A stretch of 64,000 nucleotides of DNA from a bacterium (GTDB taxonomy: Bacteria > UBA8248): contig CBDBZU010000004.1 of NCBI GenBank assembly GCA_965213625.1, positions 960,001 to 1,024,000 of the forward strand. The letters run 5' to 3'. Shown in pieces: positions 1 to 10,144 of the stretch. The position numbers and the translations under genes are program-made. How positions within the stretch are numbered: the stretch's first letter is position 1; each line of letters begins with the position of its first letter. The notes under the pieces were generated by a model. The model did no database searches and had not been told where the DNA came from. It saw nothing but the letters and a program-made list of their open reading frames with translations.

Positions 1-17
1 GGCGCATGCATGAGCCC

Positions 18-488
18 TCACTCGTTCACACGCCAGGTGTCGCGCATCGCGCAACCGCTCGCCTTGAAGAGGTTGTAGACCGGGCACCTGCGGAAATAGT
101 CCGCCTTGAGCGCTTCCAGCTGTTCGTCGTTCGCGTCGATCTCGAGCCAAATCTCGCTGTGCGCCTCGCTGGGGTTCGAGTCGTAGCCGTCCTGTCCCGC
201 GATGCCTCTCGGGCTGTAGACGATGGTGGATTTCACCTTGAGGGAGCCTATCTCGAGCTTCGCTTCTTTTGCGCATCTTTCGAGTATTACCGCCGTACAG
301 CCTGCGAGCGAAATGACGAGATAGCCCGTCGGCGAGGGGCCCTCGTCCGAGCCGCCCAGGCGCTTCGGCTCATCCACCACCATGGTATGCCCGCCCTTCA
401 CGGTGACGATGCTCTTCGCATGGCCCTTAAAGTCGGCTTCCGCCCAGTTATCCGTGGTTTCTGGTAGTTCTTTCGGTCGAATCGCCAT
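18..488 (-). CDS. OsmC/Ohr family protein
   Basis: DEP..LGG.D.GPSP...LAGC and RRCPV motifs (two-Cys OsmC fold); ATG at 488 preferred as start. Confidence 0.85.
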   Translation of the reverse strand: MAIRPKELPETTDNWAEADFKGHAKSIVTVKGGHTMVVDEPKRLGGSDEGPSPTGYLVISLAGCTAVILERCAKEAKLEIGSLKVKSTIVYSPRGIAGQDGYDSNPSEAHSEIWLEIDANDEQLEALKADYFRRCPVYNLFKASGCAMRDTWRVNE

Positions 489-657
489 TCTGTGCGCTCC
501 ATCTGATAATGAGAAATAAAATTCCTTGCCCAAGACGCATCCGCGCGGGCCGCTATCGTCCGCGTCTTGTAGCAGGGAATCCGGGAAAAGGGTAACTGGG
601 GTTGGGTAAATTCGGAGTCATTGCCGGAATGACGAGCAAAACCACTCGCCGGCAATT

Positions 658-704
658 GTAGGGACAGGCCCCTGTGCCTGTCCGAGGTCGCGACCTGTCC
701 CTAC
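658..704. repeat. 47-bp composite GTAG-type REP palindrome
   Basis: GTAGGGACAGGCCCCTGTGCCTGTCCGAGGTCGCGACCTGTCCCTAC; near-identical copies at 3250-3296 and 7909-7955. Confidence 0.85.
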
Positions 705-754
705 GGAACAATTCCTTCTCGATTGGGCTCGACGCGACAAGGCCGACACAGCAC

Positions 755-790
755 AAAAAAATCGCCCCGCTCCCGGAAGAGCGAGGCGAT
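755..790 (-). terminator. Rho-independent terminator of bcp
   Basis: Minus strand ATCGCCTCGCTC-loop-GAGCGGGGCGAT followed by T6, just after the bcp stop. Confidence 0.75.
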
Positions 791-809
791 ATGTATTTGA
801 AAGGCTCGC

Positions 810-1268
810 CTATAGGGCTTTCAGCACGTCCTTCGTATGCCCGTCCACTTTGACGTCCCGGAACACTTTCTCGATGACGCCCGACTCGTCGATGATGTAG
901 GTGGTGCGGTAGATGCCGTTGAACTTCTCGCCGAACAGCGTCTTCTCCCCGTACGCCCCGTATTTGGAGGAGATCAAGCCGTCGGGGTCCGCCAGCAGGG
1001 TGAAGTCCAGCTCCAGTTGCTCGGAAAACTTCTTGTGGCTGACCTCGTTGTCCGGGCTGACGCCGATTACGGTCGCGTTCTTCTTCTGTATCCGCTGCAG
1101 TTGCTTGTTGAAGTCCTGCGCCTCCGCCGTGCATCCGGGCGTGTTGTCCTTCGGGTAGAAGTAAAGCACGACCTTCTGGCCCTTGTATTTCGAGAGCCGG
1201 TGCACTTTGCCGTTCTCATCCCTCAAGGCGAAGGCGGGGGCTTTCGCTCCTTCTTTTAGCGCTGCCAT
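810..1268 (-). CDS. bcp: Peroxiredoxin BCP/PrxQ (single Cys)
   Basis: YFYPKDNTPGCTAEA peroxidatic motif; GIYRTTYIID; only one Cys. Confidence 0.92.
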   Translation of the reverse strand: MAALKEGAKAPAFALRDENGKVHRLSKYKGQKVVLYFYPKDNTPGCTAEAQDFNKQLQRIQKKNATVIGVSPDNEVSHKKFSEQLELDFTLLADPDGLISSKYGAYGEKTLFGEKFNGIYRTTYIIDESGVIEKVFRDVKVDGHTKDVLKAL

Positions 1269-1408
1269 TTCGCCCTCCTGTCGTTGCAGTCCTAGAGTTC
1301 AATAAAAACCACGCGTCTTGAGCCGCATGTTTGAGATATTGCAGGAGTAATCGACGTTCGGGAAATTATAATGCCACAGAAGGGAGCAGACTTCAAGCGC
1401 TTCCGGCG

Positions 1409-2230
1409 TTACAGCCCCCAATCGCGCGCGTAGCGGAAGTCGCGGTCGATGGTGCGCTGGCTGAGCTTGGCGATGAGCGGCAGACGCCTCTTGTACTGGC
1501 TGCGCTGCACCAGCCGCTGGATGCCGTCCACGAGTTCGGGCGGGAAGCCCTCGCCCAGCAGTTCCTCGCGCGTGTAGCGGCAGTCGATCATCCGGTACAG
1601 GACGGCGTCGGCCACCTCGTAGGTGTAGCCGAGTTCCTGCTCGTCGGTCTGGCCCACCCACAAGTCCGCGCTCGGGGCCTTCTCCACCACCTGCGCGGGC
1701 ACGCCGACGTGGCGCGAGAGCTGGCGCACCTGCGTCTTGAACAGATCGCCGATGGGGTTCACCGCGCTCGCCATGTCCCCGAACAGGGTCCCGTAGCCGA
1801 GCAGGAGTTCGGTCTTGTTGCTCGTGCCCACCACCAGCGCGCTTAGGAAGGCGGAGTGATCATACAGAATCGTCATCCGCTCGCGCGCCATCTTGTTGCC
1901 CCGGCGGAGGTTGTCCGCATCGGGATATCGCTCGTAATACGCATCCACCTGGGGCGAGATGTCCACCACCTCGATGTGGATGCCGCTCGCCTCGGCCACC
2001 GCGCGCGCATCCGCCTCGCTCTGTGGGTTCGAGAGGCGGTAGGGCATGATGACGCCCGTCACGTTCTCAGGGCCCATGGCCGCTGCCGCCAGAAAGGCGG
2101 AAAGCGCGCTGTCGATCCCGCCCGAAAGGCCCAGGACGAGTTTCTTCACGCCCACTTTCGAGACCTCATCACGAATGAAGCCCGCCAGCAGGCCTGCGGC
2201 GAGCTCGCCGTCGAGTTCGAGTTCCGCCAT
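1409..2230 (-). CDS. nadE: NAD+ synthetase, synthetase-only subunit
   Basis: [53 protein letters not shown]. Confidence 0.95.
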   Translation of the reverse strand: MAELELDGELAAGLLAGFIRDEVSKVGVKKLVLGLSGGIDSALSAFLAAAAMGPENVTGVIMPYRLSNPQSEADARAVAEASGIHIEVVDISPQVDAYYERYPDADNLRRGNKMARERMTILYDHSAFLSALVVGTSNKTELLLGYGTLFGDMASAVNPIGDLFKTQVRQLSRHVGVPAQVVEKAPSADLWVGQTDEQELGYTYEVADAVLYRMIDCRYTREELLGEGFPPELVDGIQRLVQRSQYKRRLPLIAKLSQRTIDRDFRYARDWGL

Positions 2231-2409
2231 CGCGCCTTCAATGAGTCCTTCGTCGAGCAAACCGTATCTCCACATTGAGGAGGGTTTCAGCAGGTTCCGC
2301 TCCTATCATGCCTCCCGTCCGCGCGCCGCGCAACGCTGCCGGGCCATTGACCCCGCACGGCGCGGGGGATACCTTTCTCCCATCCATCCACCGATTCTAT
2401 GGAGTTCTT

Positions 2410-3189
2410 ATGCCATACGTGGGAAACATCGAAGACGTCAAATGGGTCTACGATCAGGAAGAGGCGCTGCGCAAAGGCTCGCCCATACTCATCAATACGC
2501 CGAATCTGGAAGTGCGGGCCATCGTTCTCCCGCCGGGCAAGTATCCGCCTTATCACGCCCATCACGAGGAGATGGACGAGGGCTACCTCATCTATAACGG
2601 GAGCGGGCTTATCCTCAATAACGGGGAGACGTTCGAAGTCGACAAAGGCGACGTGCTCCTGAACCCGCGCGGCGCGATGCACAACATGAAAAACATAGGC
2701 GATGACGAGCTGATAGAGTTCAACTTCAGGGGCGGCCGAATGCCTTCGGGCTTCTTGTTACCGCTGGGCGATCCGCCCCCCAGTCCCGACCCCGAAGCGG
2801 CGGGAAACCCCATGTCGCCTCCCGTCCCCTACATCAAGGGCGACGTCGCCTCACTCACGGGTCCGTTCGACGCAGGCTCCGTGAAGGAGAAGGGTCTCGC
2901 GCGCGCCATCGCCACCGAATACCTGGAGTGCCAGATCGTCTCGTTCCCTCCCGGGGGGAGACCGCACGTCCATCGTCACCAGGAAACGATTGACGAGGGA
3001 ACTCTCGTTCTGGAAGGACGCATGAACATCATCATCGAAGACGAGACCATCGAGGCGTCGGTGGGCGACCTCGTCCACACCCCCGGCGGCGCATGGCACA
3101 CCGTGCACAACGCGAGCGACGCTCCCGCCACCTTGTTCAACTTCCGGGGCGGCTCGCTGCCCTCCAGAACCGAATGGCGCGACGCGTAG
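2410..3189 (+). CDS. Bicupin (two cupin domains)
   Basis: Two HxH..E..E / PxG..H cupin motifs (HAHHEEMDEG..PRGAMH; HRHQETIDEG..PGGAWH); GGAG upstream of ATG 2410. Confidence 0.85.
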   Translation: MPYVGNIEDVKWVYDQEEALRKGSPILINTPNLEVRAIVLPPGKYPPYHAHHEEMDEGYLIYNGSGLILNNGETFEVDKGDVLLNPRGAMHNMKNIGDDELIEFNFRGGRMPSGFLLPLGDPPPSPDPEAAGNPMSPPVPYIKGDVASLTGPFDAGSVKEKGLARAIATEYLECQIVSFPPGGRPHVHRHQETIDEGTLVLEGRMNIIIEDETIEASVGDLVHTPGGAWHTVHNASDAPATLFNFRGGSLPSRTEWRDA

Positions 3190-3202
3190 AGAGAGGTCAC
3201 CC

Positions 3203-3490
3203 GTAGGGGCGGACCGATGCGTCCACCCGTCTCGATTCTCAATGCCTTTGTAGGGAAAGGCCCCTGTGCCTGTCCGAGGTCGCATCCTGTCCCTACGGAG
3301 AGAGGCAACAACGGGGCAAAGTTTCTTGTCGGTGGCGCTCCCTCCTCGGGAGCGCCCCACGCATATATGGGGCCCATGGTTTAACGGCGAAGAAACAGGG
3401 ATGCATGTATGCATCCCCTACAATGCCATCGTGCTTTTCTTAGTAGAACAGACTAGGGGGTTTCGGACAGACACGGAGGCCTATCCCTAC
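3203..3490. repeat. Cluster of GTAG-type REPs
   Basis: GTAGGGGCGGAC..GTCCACCC (3203-3228), composite REP 3250-3296, inverted REP ending CCCTAC at 3490. Confidence 0.75.
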
Positions 3491-3561
3491 GGATCCCGGT
3501 CGGTTATATCTTCCGAATCACGAAATCGAAACTCATTCAACAAATCCTCCCCGCTCGGGGT

Positions 3562-4422
3562 TCACCCTTCCCGCGAGCGCTGGATGCGGCGGAGTTCGCG
3601 CAGGGTGAGGTGCAGGTCTTCATCCCGGAGCGTGGGGGATGCGATGCGCGCGCGCCGCACGTTCGCCGTGTCCACTTCTGTGACGAGCAGTTGCTCGCTT
3701 GCGCGCTCCGCCTGGGCGAGGGGCTCCCCGCTGGGCGCGAGTATCTCAGACCCGCCCCAGAAGTTGATGCCGTCCTCATACCCCACCCGGTTGCTGAAGA
3801 CGACGTGCTGGTTGTAGGACGCGGCGTAGGTTCTCGTGAGCGACTGCCAGACGCGCTGTATCGCGAGGCCGCCCTCGCCGTTCGCCTTGCTCACCCCGCG
3901 CGCCGGACTCGCCGAGGGAACGATGAGCAAATCCGCCCCGTCGAGCGAGGCGATGCCCGCCAGGCTCGGGTGCCAGGCGTCCTCGCAGATGAGAATCGCC
4001 GCACGCCCGAACCGCGTGTCGAAAGCGCGCACCTTGTCTCCCTTGCCCACGTAGCGGTTCTCGTCGAACAGCCCGTATGTCGGCAGGTACACCTTGCGGT
4101 GCACGTGGAGCAGTTCGCCGTTCTCGAAATAGGCCGCGGAATTGAAAAACCCGTGCCTGCCGGATTCCTCCACGAAGCCCACCACCAGGGAGAGGTTCTT
4201 GCTCAAGGCGGCGATTTCCTTTATCGCCGAGGTATTGCGCCGGATGGCCACCTCGGGAACCATGTCCTTCAGGAAATAGCCGGTGAGGGAGAGTTCGGGA
4301 AAAACGAGGAGGTCGACGCCTTCCGCCTCGGCCTTTCTCACTTCTTCGACCAGCAATTCACGGTTCGCGTCGAGGTTTCCAAGCCTCGGCCCTATCTGGG
4401 CCGTAGCCGCCAGAAATTTCAT
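3562..4422 (-). CDS. Carbon-nitrogen hydrolase; likely glutaminase subunit of NAD synthetase
   Basis: E-K-C triad: FPELSLTGY, HRKVYLPTYGLFDENRY, ICEDAWH; same strand as and near nadE. Confidence 0.85.
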   Translation of the reverse strand: MKFLAATAQIGPRLGNLDANRELLVEEVRKAEAEGVDLLVFPELSLTGYFLKDMVPEVAIRRNTSAIKEIAALSKNLSLVVGFVEESGRHGFFNSAAYFENGELLHVHRKVYLPTYGLFDENRYVGKGDKVRAFDTRFGRAAILICEDAWHPSLAGIASLDGADLLIVPSASPARGVSKANGEGGLAIQRVWQSLTRTYAASYNQHVVFSNRVGYEDGINFWGGSEILAPSGEPLAQAERASEQLLVTEVDTANVRRARIASPTLRDEDLHLTLRELRRIQRSREG

Positions 4423-4562
4423 GTCGTCTTCCTGTCGAGATTGGATAAGAAATTCAATTCGTCATGCGCATCGCGGCATGTAACGCCGCCGCGCTCATCT
4501 TTGTCTAGCACATTATCGGCGATCCTAGGAAACCGGCGCGGGAAAACCGCGAAGGAACCTGC

Positions 4563-4937
4563 TCAAATGAAAAGCTTGGTCTCCGCCCCTTTTGTTTTCC
4601 GCATGAACTCAGGGAGGCTGATTACCTCGTCCACGACGTCCGCCACGTCCTCGGGCGCGAGGTCCAGGAGCTTGGGCTGCGCGGCGCAGGCATATATCTT
4701 GAGCTTGCCGAGCCTTCTGGCGGCTTCGATGAGTTCCTCCGCCGAATGCGCCCCGCGCGCGCCCTCTCCCGCCGGGAGCGCGGCATCCAGATCGTCGTCC
4801 ACGAATCGCTTGAGCGCGCCGAAGAAGAGGATGACGTGCGCCTCATCCCCGTTTGCGGCGGCGCTCGCCGCGAGGGTGGCTATCTGGTGGATGCGCTCGG
4901 GATCACCGCTGTGGGCGTATATGACGAACTGGGACAT
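4563..4937 (-). CDS. DsrE/DsrF-like family protein
   Basis: AAANGDEAHVILFFGAL, KIYAC, C-terminal KLFI pattern. Confidence 0.75.
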   Translation of the reverse strand: MSQFVIYAHSGDPERIHQIATLAASAAANGDEAHVILFFGALKRFVDDDLDAALPAGEGARGAHSAEELIEAARRLGKLKIYACAAQPKLLDLAPEDVADVVDEVISLPEFMRKTKGAETKLFI

Positions 4938-5012
4938 ATGGGCCTTAATCTTTGTGCGGGGGCGGGCGGCGCAATGGCGAAACCTGCTGAAAAGGCAATG
5001 ATTGCGTTTGTT

Positions 5013-5124
5013 GTAGGGGCGGGCCTCCGTGCCCGCCCTGTATTTTATTTATTCGACAATTCCATCTGCGTATCGTAGGGGTGAATACATACAAAGCTGG
5101 GCGGGCACGGAGGCCCGCCCCCAC
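5013..5124. repeat. Inverted REP doublet (REPIN-like)
   Basis: GTAGGGGCGGGCCTCCGTGCCCGCCC at 5013-5038 and its inverted copy at 5099-5124. Confidence 0.8.
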
Positions 5125-5177
5125 GGATCACACTAGCCCAATCCAGCCGGTCGCGGAAATCCGATCCTCGAACCGCA

Positions 5178-5450
5178 TCACTCGAAATCTTTCGGTTCCA
5201 CGTCTTTGAAATCATACTCGGGCAGATCCGAGCGGGGCGGCGGGTCGACGTCCTCATCCTGCATGTGGCGAGGCTTCGGGTTCGAGGCCAGAAGGTGGGC
5301 GATCAAGCGATAGACGCCGTATATCAGACCGAAGGCCGCGACGAACCAGAGCGCCCCTATAAAATCTCGTTGGTAGAAGTAGTATGCGATGCCCAGCCAG
5401 AAGACAAACCCTGCGAATATGCCCAGAGCCGATCGACCGTTTTCCATCAC
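5178..5450 (-). CDS. Small membrane protein (2 TM, acidic tail), hypothetical
   Basis: Two hydrophobic segments and D/E/P-rich C-terminus; follows bactofilin on the same strand. Confidence 0.65.
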   Translation of the reverse strand: MMENGRSALGIFAGFVFWLGIAYYFYQRDFIGALWFVAAFGLIYGVYRLIAHLLASNPKPRHMQDEDVDPPPRSDLPEYDFKDVEPKDFE

Positions 5451-5486
5451 CAGCCGCCTTTGTTATCAGCCGTGTAGCGCCCGTTT

Positions 5487-5927
5487 TCAGTCTGACTCGG
5501 GAGCGGGCGCCGAGGATTTGTTCTCTTCTGAACCCTCCTCAGCCTCAGGAGCCTCCTCTGCTTCCTCGGCGCTCGTTATCGAGCCTCCTTCTTCGCCCGT
5601 CATGTGGCAGGCGCCTTCGAACACGGCGCCTTCTTCAATGTATATGCTCGGCGTGAAAATCTCGCCGCTCACGTGGGAGCCGACTCTCATCTCACACTTT
5701 TCCTTCGCCTCTATCTTGCCCTCCATCCGGCCCATCACGATGACGACGCCGGCCCTGACCTCGGCCTTTACCTTCGCCGCTGTCCCGATGATGAAGGTGT
5801 CGTCCGTGATCACCTCTCCCTCGAGGACGCCGTCCACGCGCACGGTTCCCTCGAAGGAAATGACGCCCTTGAACTCGGTGCCTTCCCCCAGAAAGGCGCG
5901 TATGCTCTTCTCGTAGTTTTTCGCCAT
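5487..5927 (-). CDS. Bactofilin (polymer-forming cytoskeletal protein)
   Basis: FLGEGTEFKGVISFEGTVRVDG...IEEGAVFEGACHM beta-helix repeats; acidic C-terminal tail. Confidence 0.92.
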   Translation of the reverse strand: MAKNYEKSIRAFLGEGTEFKGVISFEGTVRVDGVLEGEVITDDTFIIGTAAKVKAEVRAGVVIVMGRMEGKIEAKEKCEMRVGSHVSGEIFTPSIYIEEGAVFEGACHMTGEEGGSITSAEEAEEAPEAEEGSEENKSSAPAPESD

Positions 5928-5965
5928 ACATCGACCCTCGCATGATTCCCGAGAAAAAACCAGAG

Positions 5966-6892
5966 CTAACAAAGCCGCTGGAGCAATCCCTCGAGCGTCT
6001 CCCTCGTATAATACTCTATTTCTATCTTTCCGCTCTCCTCATCGCCGGAAATCGCGACTTTCGTACCGAGTGCGCCTCTGAGCCGCTCCGCCGCATCGCG
6101 CAGATAAAGCGCCTGCGGTCCCGAGGGCCCGTTCTGGGGAGCCGTTCGCGGCAAGGTTTCCCTCTTCTCGCTCCCGCCCTCGAGCACGCGCCGCACGCGC
6201 ATTTCGAGCTGGCGCACGGAGAGTCGTTTTTCGGTGGCGGTCCTGGCGTGGCTCTCCATCTCCTCATCCGTGCGCAAGGACAGGAGCGCCCTGGCGTGCC
6301 CCATGGAGAGGAGTCCCGCGGCAACGCTCTCCTGAACCGGGGCGGGCAGATTGAGCAGGCGGACGTAGTTCGCAACCGTGGAGCGGTCCTTGCCCACGCG
6401 GGCGGCGACCTCTTCCTGCGTGAGGCCCAGGCGCTCCATCATGCTCGCGTATGCGGCCGACTCTTCCATGGGGTTCAGGTCGGCGCGCTGCACGTTCTCG
6501 ACGATGGCGAGTTCGAGCGCCTCCTCTCCCCCCGCGTCGGTGAGGATGGCGGGAACCTCGTCGACTTCCGCCAGCCGGGCGGCCCGCCAGCGCCGCTCCC
6601 CGGCCACGATCTCATACCCCCCGCTCGCGGCGCGCCGGATAAGCAGGGGCTGTATCACCCCGTGACGCTTCACGGATTCGGCCAGTTCGGCCAAGTCTTC
6701 CTCGTCGAAGTCAACGCGCGGCTGGTGAACGCCGGGGGTGAGGCGGTCGGGAGAGAGCCGCATCAGAATGCCCGCTTCCTCGGCGGCGGTTCTCGGCGCA
6801 TCCAGCACCGCCGGCGCGGGCTCTTGCCCATCATGGGAGGCCAGGAGCGCGTCCAGGCCACGCCCGAGCACTTTTTTCCGAATGGTCGTCAT
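5966..6892 (-). CDS. parB: Chromosome partitioning protein ParB
   Basis: LGRGLDAL, QPR..F, GVIQPLL, IVAGERRWRAA, ENVQRADLNP, HTH. Confidence 0.97.
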   Translation of the reverse strand: MTTIRKKVLGRGLDALLASHDGQEPAPAVLDAPRTAAEEAGILMRLSPDRLTPGVHQPRVDFDEEDLAELAESVKRHGVIQPLLIRRAASGGYEIVAGERRWRAARLAEVDEVPAILTDAGGEEALELAIVENVQRADLNPMEESAAYASMMERLGLTQEEVAARVGKDRSTVANYVRLLNLPAPVQESVAAGLLSMGHARALLSLRTDEEMESHARTATEKRLSVRQLEMRVRRVLEGGSEKRETLPRTAPQNGPSGPQALYLRDAAERLRGALGTKVAISGDEESGKIEIEYYTRETLEGLLQRLC

Positions 6893-7734
6893 GTCTGGTT
6901 TTTCATCCTTTCCTTCGAGCGCGTGATGAACTCGCCCGCCAGCGCGAGATACGCCTGTGCGCCCGGCGAGGAGATGTCGTAGGTGATTACCGGCTTCCCG
7001 TGGCTCGGCGCCTCGGCGAGGCGCACGTTCCTGGGAATCACGACACGGTAGGTCAATTCCGGCAGATGGGAGCGCAAGTCCTCGCTCACCTGACGCGAAA
7101 GGTTCGTCCTCGAATCATACATCGTGAGCAGAATACCGCCTATCCTGAGCCCAGGGTGGACGCTCCCGCGAATCCGCTCCACCGTCTTCATGAGCCGGGC
7201 CAGGCCCTCGAGCGCAAAATACTCCGCCTGGATGGGAATCAGCACCTCATCCGCCGCCCGCAGGCCGTTCAGGGTGAGAAAGCCCAGAGAGGGCGGGCAG
7301 TCGATGAGGATATAGCGGAACCGGCTCCGGAGCGGTTCGATAATGTTCCGCAAACGGCTTTCCCTTTGCGGCAAATCCGCTATCTCCACCTCCGCGCCCG
7401 CCAGGTCGATGGAGGAGGGAAAAACGCTTAGTCCTTTAATATCAGAGTTATACAAGGAATCGTCGTCTATCGAATCGCCAAGCACAAGCGCCCGGTAGAG
7501 AGAAGACGAAGGCGAAAATATACCGAAATTGCTCGTCGCATTCGATTGCGGGTCCATGTCGACCAGCAGCGTCGGCTGATCCGCCACGGCGAGGCAGGCC
7601 GCCAGGTTGACGGCCGTCGTCGTCTTGCCGACGCCGCCTTTCTGGTTCACGACGGCCACGACCGTACAAGGGGCCTCATTCGCCCTGGCTTCGGGAACGC
7701 TCGGGGAAATGGTCACTCCGGGTGTGATTTCCAT
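6889..7734 (-). CDS. parA: Chromosome partitioning ATPase ParA/Soj
   Basis: NQKGGVGKTTT, DMDPQSN, DCPPSLG, IPRNVRLAEAPSHG; 4-nt overlap with parB. Confidence 0.97.
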   Translation of the reverse strand: MEITPGVTISPSVPEARANEAPCTVVAVVNQKGGVGKTTTAVNLAACLAVADQPTLLVDMDPQSNATSNFGIFSPSSSLYRALVLGDSIDDDSLYNSDIKGLSVFPSSIDLAGAEVEIADLPQRESRLRNIIEPLRSRFRYILIDCPPSLGFLTLNGLRAADEVLIPIQAEYFALEGLARLMKTVERIRGSVHPGLRIGGILLTMYDSRTNLSRQVSEDLRSHLPELTYRVVIPRNVRLAEAPSHGKPVITYDISSPGAQAYLALAGEFITRSKERMKNQT

Positions 7735-7812
7735 GTGTTTTTATTTCAGGGCGGGTGAAGACGGCTTCCGATGAACAAAGATTCTCACACCACACCCGAA
7801 AAAACAACCGGA

Positions 7813-7828
7813 TGTTTCACGTGGAACA
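7813..7828. promoter_or_regulatory. parS site
   Basis: TGTTTCACGTGGAACA, 1 mismatch to canonical TGTTTCACGTGAAACA. Confidence 0.92.
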
Positions 7829-7859
7829 GATTTTCCTGAAAATTCAGGGGGGGGGAGAA

Positions 7860-7875
7860 TGTTCCACGTGGAACA
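7860..7875. promoter_or_regulatory. parS site
   Basis: TGTTCCACGTGGAACA, perfect palindrome. Confidence 0.92.
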
Positions 7876-7908
7876 ACGGTAAATCTGCAACGGGACGGTT
7901 GCTCTGTG

Positions 7909-7955
7909 GTAGGGAAAGGCCCCCGTGCCTGTCCGAGGTCGCGACCTGTCCCGAC
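7909..7955. repeat. 47-bp composite REP
   Basis: Near-copy of 658-704. Confidence 0.8.
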
Positions 7956-8105
7956 GGGCCTCAAAAAGTCGTAAAGGTAGGATTGCGGCCATTTCGTAAG
8001 GCCAGAAACCACAAAGACCGTAGGGGCGGTTCGCAAGTGGCCCACGTGTACTGCCCAGAATTACACCATTAAAGCGCAATTCCGGTTCGCCATAAAATCA
8101 ATAAT

Positions 8106-8121
8106 CGTTTCACGTGGAACG
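8106..8121. promoter_or_regulatory. parS site
   Basis: CGTTTCACGTGGAACG. Confidence 0.85.
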
Positions 8122-8156
8122 GTGGGGAATTTTGACGATCTGAGGGGTGGTCTCTC

Positions 8157-8184
8157 GTAGGGACAGGTCGCGACCTGTCCCTAC
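8157..8184. repeat. 28-bp perfect REP palindrome
   Basis: GTAGGGACAGGTCGCGACCTGTCCCTAC, identical to 12068-12095. Confidence 0.9.
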
Positions 8185-8224
8185 AGATCAGTTCCGGCCT
8201 AAAAGAAAGACTCCCCGACGATCC

Positions 8225-10144
8225 TCACGAAACAGTCGCTGAGGCCTCCTCCCGCGCATTTCCGCTATGTTTGCGGATGTAGACTTCCAGCACGGCGACG
8301 GCGGCGGGCGTTACGCCCGAGATGCGGCTCGCCTGTCCGAGCGTTTCGGGACGTATCTGCTCGAGACGCTGCCTGACTTCCGCCGTCAGGTGGCCCACAT
8401 CGGAATAGGAGATGCTCTCGGGTATCTTCACCCGGTCCGCCATCCTCAGGTGGTGAACCTGCTGGTATTCCCGCTCGAAATACTCCTTGTACTTCACCTC
8501 CGCCAGCACGTATCGCCGCGATTCGCGGTCAAGTGCCTCCCAAATCGCCTGAAAGCGACCTTTATCGATGGAATCGACCCGAATCGCCAGTTCCGGCCCC
8601 GCCTCGGGGCGTCTCAAAATATCCCCCAGGGTGGACGGCTTCTTGAGTGGCCGGGAACCGGCTACTTCCATCGCGCTTCGTACGTCCGGTTTGGGGTTCA
8701 CAGTCGTGCTTTCGAGATACGCGATGGCCTCTTTCGCCTGTTTCGACTTGTCTTCAAAGGCGCGCCAGGTGGCTTCATCTAGGGAACCGACCCTGTGGCC
8801 GAGCTGCATCAGCCGGAAATCCGCGTTGTCGTGGCGGAGCAGGAGCCTGTGCTCGGCTCGGCTGGTGAACATCCGGTAAGGCTCGGCCGTCCCCTTGGTG
8901 ATGAGATCGTCTATCAAAACGCCGATGTAGGCCTCTTCACGGCTCAATACGACAGGCTCCTTATCGCCCAGGTAGTGAACGGCGTTGATCCCCGCCATGA
9001 TCCCTTGGGCGGCGGCCTCCTCGTAGCCGGTCGTCCCGTTAATCTGGCCGGCGTGGAAGAGCCCCGGCATCTTTTTCGTCATCAGGCTCGGCCCGAGTTC
9101 GGTCGGCTCCACGTGGTCGTACTCGACGGCGTAGCCCGGACGCATCATCTCTGCTCGCTCTAAGCCTTTGATAGTTCTCAACATACGGGTTTGCACGTCC
9201 ACCGGCAGACTGGTGGAAAGCCCGTTCACGTAGATCTCGCATGTCTCGCGTCCTTCGGGCTCCAGGAAAATCTGGTGCTCCTGCTTGCCCTCGAAGCGCA
9301 TGATTTTATCCTCGATGCTCGGGCAATAACGCACGCCGATGGCGTCTATCTGGCCGTTGTACATGGGCGCGCGCTCGATGTTCTGGCGGATTACATCGTG
9401 CGTCGCCGGGTTCGTGTAGGTGATCCAGCACGGCATTTGCTCTTGTTCGATGGCCGCGGTGCGGTATGAGAACGGAAGCGGCGGGTCGTCGCCGGGCTGA
9501 ACGTCAAGTGATTGAAAATCAATGGATTTCGCGTCCAGGCGAGGCGGCGTTCCCGTCTTCATTCGGCCGATGGCGAAGCCGAACGAGACGAGTTGCTGCG
9601 TCAGTTCGTTCGCGGAACCCTCGCCCGCGCGCCCGCCCTCGACTTTCCTGTCGCCGTAGTGGAGAAGACCGCGCGTGAAGGTGCCCGGCGTCAGCACAAC
9701 GGCCTTGGCCTCCCAGGTTTCCCCGAAATGATCCTGAAGCCCCGCTATCGCTCCGTCCTTAACGAGAAGTCTCTGCACCATTCCCTGCTTGAGATCGAGG
9801 TTCTCCTGGCTTTCGACCGCATATTTCATGTACGCGCGGTAGCGCTGCTTGTCCGCCTGGGCGCGCAGGGCCTGTACGGCGGGGCCTTTTTTCGTGTTGA
9901 GCATCCGGAACTGGATGCCCGTGGTGTCGATGGCGCGGGCCATCTCGCCTCCCAGGGCGTCCACTTCGCGCACCAATACGCCCTTCGCCAGCCCGCCGAT
10001 GGCCGGATTGCACGACATCAAGCCCACTGTGTCCAGGTTCATCGTGAGCATCATGGCGCGCGCGCCCATCCGCGCGGCGGCGAGGGCCGCCTCGCACCCG
10101 GCGTGCCCGCCGCCCACGACGATGACGTCATACTTGACTTTCAA
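8225..10144 (-). CDS. mnmG: tRNA uridine-5-carboxymethylaminomethyl modification enzyme MnmG/GidA
   Basis: [51 protein letters not shown]; TTG start. Confidence 0.98.
   Translation of the reverse strand: MKVKYDVIVVGGGHAGCEAALAAARMGARAMMLTMNLDTVGLMSCNPAIGGLAKGVLVREVDALGGEMARAIDTTGIQFRMLNTKKGPAVQALRAQADKQRYRAYMKYAVESQENLDLKQGMVQRLLVKDGAIAGLQDHFGETWEAKAVVLTPGTFTRGLLHYGDRKVEGGRAGEGSANELTQQLVSFGFAIGRMKTGTPPRLDAKSIDFQSLDVQPGDDPPLPFSYRTAAIEQEQMPCWITYTNPATHDVIRQNIERAPMYNGQIDAIGVRYCPSIEDKIMRFEGKQEHQIFLEPEGRETCEIYVNGLSTSLPVDVQTRMLRTIKGLERAEMMRPGYAVEYDHVEPTELGPSLMTKKMPGLFHAGQINGTTGYEEAAAQGIMAGINAVHYLGDKEPVVLSREEAYIGVLIDDLITKGTAEPYRMFTSRAEHRLLLRHDNADFRLMQLGHRVGSLDEATWRAFEDKSKQAKEAIAYLESTTVNPKPDVRSAMEVAGSRPLKKPSTLGDILRRPEAGPELAIRVDSIDKGRFQAIWEALDRESRRYVLAEVKYKEYFEREYQQVHHLRMADRVKIPESISYSDVGHLTAEVRQRLEQIRPETLGQASRISGVTPAAVAVLEVYIRKHSGNAREEASATVS

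Noticed and set aside
617-633. GTCATT..GGAATGAC mini-palindrome, with a degenerate relative near 12130-12187
   Set aside because: Possibly relics of another repeat family, but too short and degenerate to call from two examples.
810-1268. BCP lacking a resolving cysteine
   Set aside because: 1-Cys BCP/PrxQ variants are well known; no in-frame TGA.
3610-5001. 463-aa plus-strand ORF and similar long antisense ORFs (e.g. 57134-58558, 62648-63979, 30870-32126)
   Set aside because: Shadow frames of well-supported genes in GC-rich DNA.
7741-8079. ORFs of 86-112 aa between parA and mnmG
   Set aside because: They run through parS sites and REPs with no recognisable motifs. Shared peptides such as RPRTGTGA in several ORFs are just translated REP.
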